This document shows positions 63,239-64,000 of a DNA stretch of 64,000 bases, in pieces; the stretch's first letter is position 1, and every line of letters begins with the position of its first letter. The stretch lies in assembly GCF_963921235.1 (NCBI RefSeq), contig NC_086109.1, forward strand, positions 32,800,001-32,864,000, written 5' to 3'. The position numbers and the translations under genes are program-made. The notes under the pieces were generated by a model. The model was not told the DNA's origin and did no database searches. It saw nothing but the letters and a program-made list of their open reading frames with translations. Source of the DNA: Mobula hypostoma. Taxonomy: Eukaryota.

Positions 63239-63355
63239 GAGCCGTGTCTGGACTGAGCCGTGTCTGCTTGAAGCTGCTAAGGAAGAATTTAATGGTGTAA
63301 TTGAAGAGTTCTTGACAGTTGGTGAGAAGTTGTTTGGACCATATGTATGGGGAAG
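63239..63355 (+). CDS. RNPEP: RNPEP coding exon 4
   Basis: Acceptor tggtatag, donor AG|GTAAAT; encodes (R)SRVWTEPCLLEAAKEEFNGVIEEFLTVGEKLFGPYVWG(R); phase-compatible with exon 3. Confidence 0.97.
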
Positions 63356-63704
63356 GTAAATCTGCTTTATGATGTATTATCAAAAATCTTTAGTTCATTC
63401 ACAAGTCCCTGCTGATGAACTTTGCTTCAGGTTTTCAAGTTTTTTTTGGTAATTGTTTAATATGCACAGATAACACTGAAATTGCCTGCACTAACAATTT
63501 AACTAAAATAGCAAATTGGTATGTGAATAATTTGTTTTTAACTGATGGATCAACAGAAAGAAAGTTGCTTCCTTTCAAGATTTAAGTTTTTTAATACCCA
63601 AAGTATGGCACACCTACCCTCCTGCCACAAGATGAATATGCAGCTTTCAAATCCATGCCCACTATGCTTTCTCTTTAAGAGTGTACCTGACTGACTGCTA
63701 TTTC

Positions 63705-64000
63705 CAGTACCTTGTAAAAGTATTCAGCCTCCAACACTTTGTTCGCACAAACTGATCAAAATCCCTGATTGTAATACTGGTTTAACTGAGAATTTTTATT
63801 CGTGAATCACATGCCCCTTTTTTCACAGTCTGAAAAGCAAGGAAATTGCAGAGCACGAGAAACTAAAAATTCAAAACCTGAAATGTCAGCAGTTCAGAAG
63901 TATTCATCCCCCTTTGCTCAGTACTTAGTAGAATCACCCCTCGCGGCTGTTACAGCCAGCAGTCTTTAGGGATCTGTCTCTATTTGCTTTGCGCAATGTG
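63705..64000 (+). mobile_element. Tc1-like transposon left end (IR/DR type), running off the window
   Basis: CAGTACCTTGTAAAAGTATTCAGCC with the inner repeat AAGTATTCATCCCC near 63898. Confidence 0.6.

Overview
This is vertebrate genomic DNA, very rich in transposons. The repeat complement (Penelope-like elements, CR1, Rex1/Babar, RTE, V-SINE and CORE-SINE) suggests a cartilaginous fish, probably a ray; that assignment is inference. The only confidently identified host gene is RNPEP (aminopeptidase B, M1 family) on the + strand: a GC-box promoter and coding exons 1-4 at 50170-63355, continuing beyond the window. RNPEP intron 2 holds a young, internally deleted Gmr1-like LTR retrotransposon with an intact SCAN-type gag-protease ORF. 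The upstream 50 kb is a nest of mobile elements. It includes a shattered class I endogenous retrovirus (gag, pro, pol and env remnants across about 13 kb), a chromoviral gypsy relic, several solo LTRs, a HERO-type fragment, and many Penelope fragments carrying minimal hammerhead-like motifs. The most notable cryptic signal is a 561-bp non-coding, TSD-flanked retroposon (46340-46900). Its first nucleotide begins a plausible HDV-like self-cleaving ribozyme fold with an unusual hairpin inserted in L3. All family assignments come from motif recognition by eye, and boundaries of old repeats are approximate.
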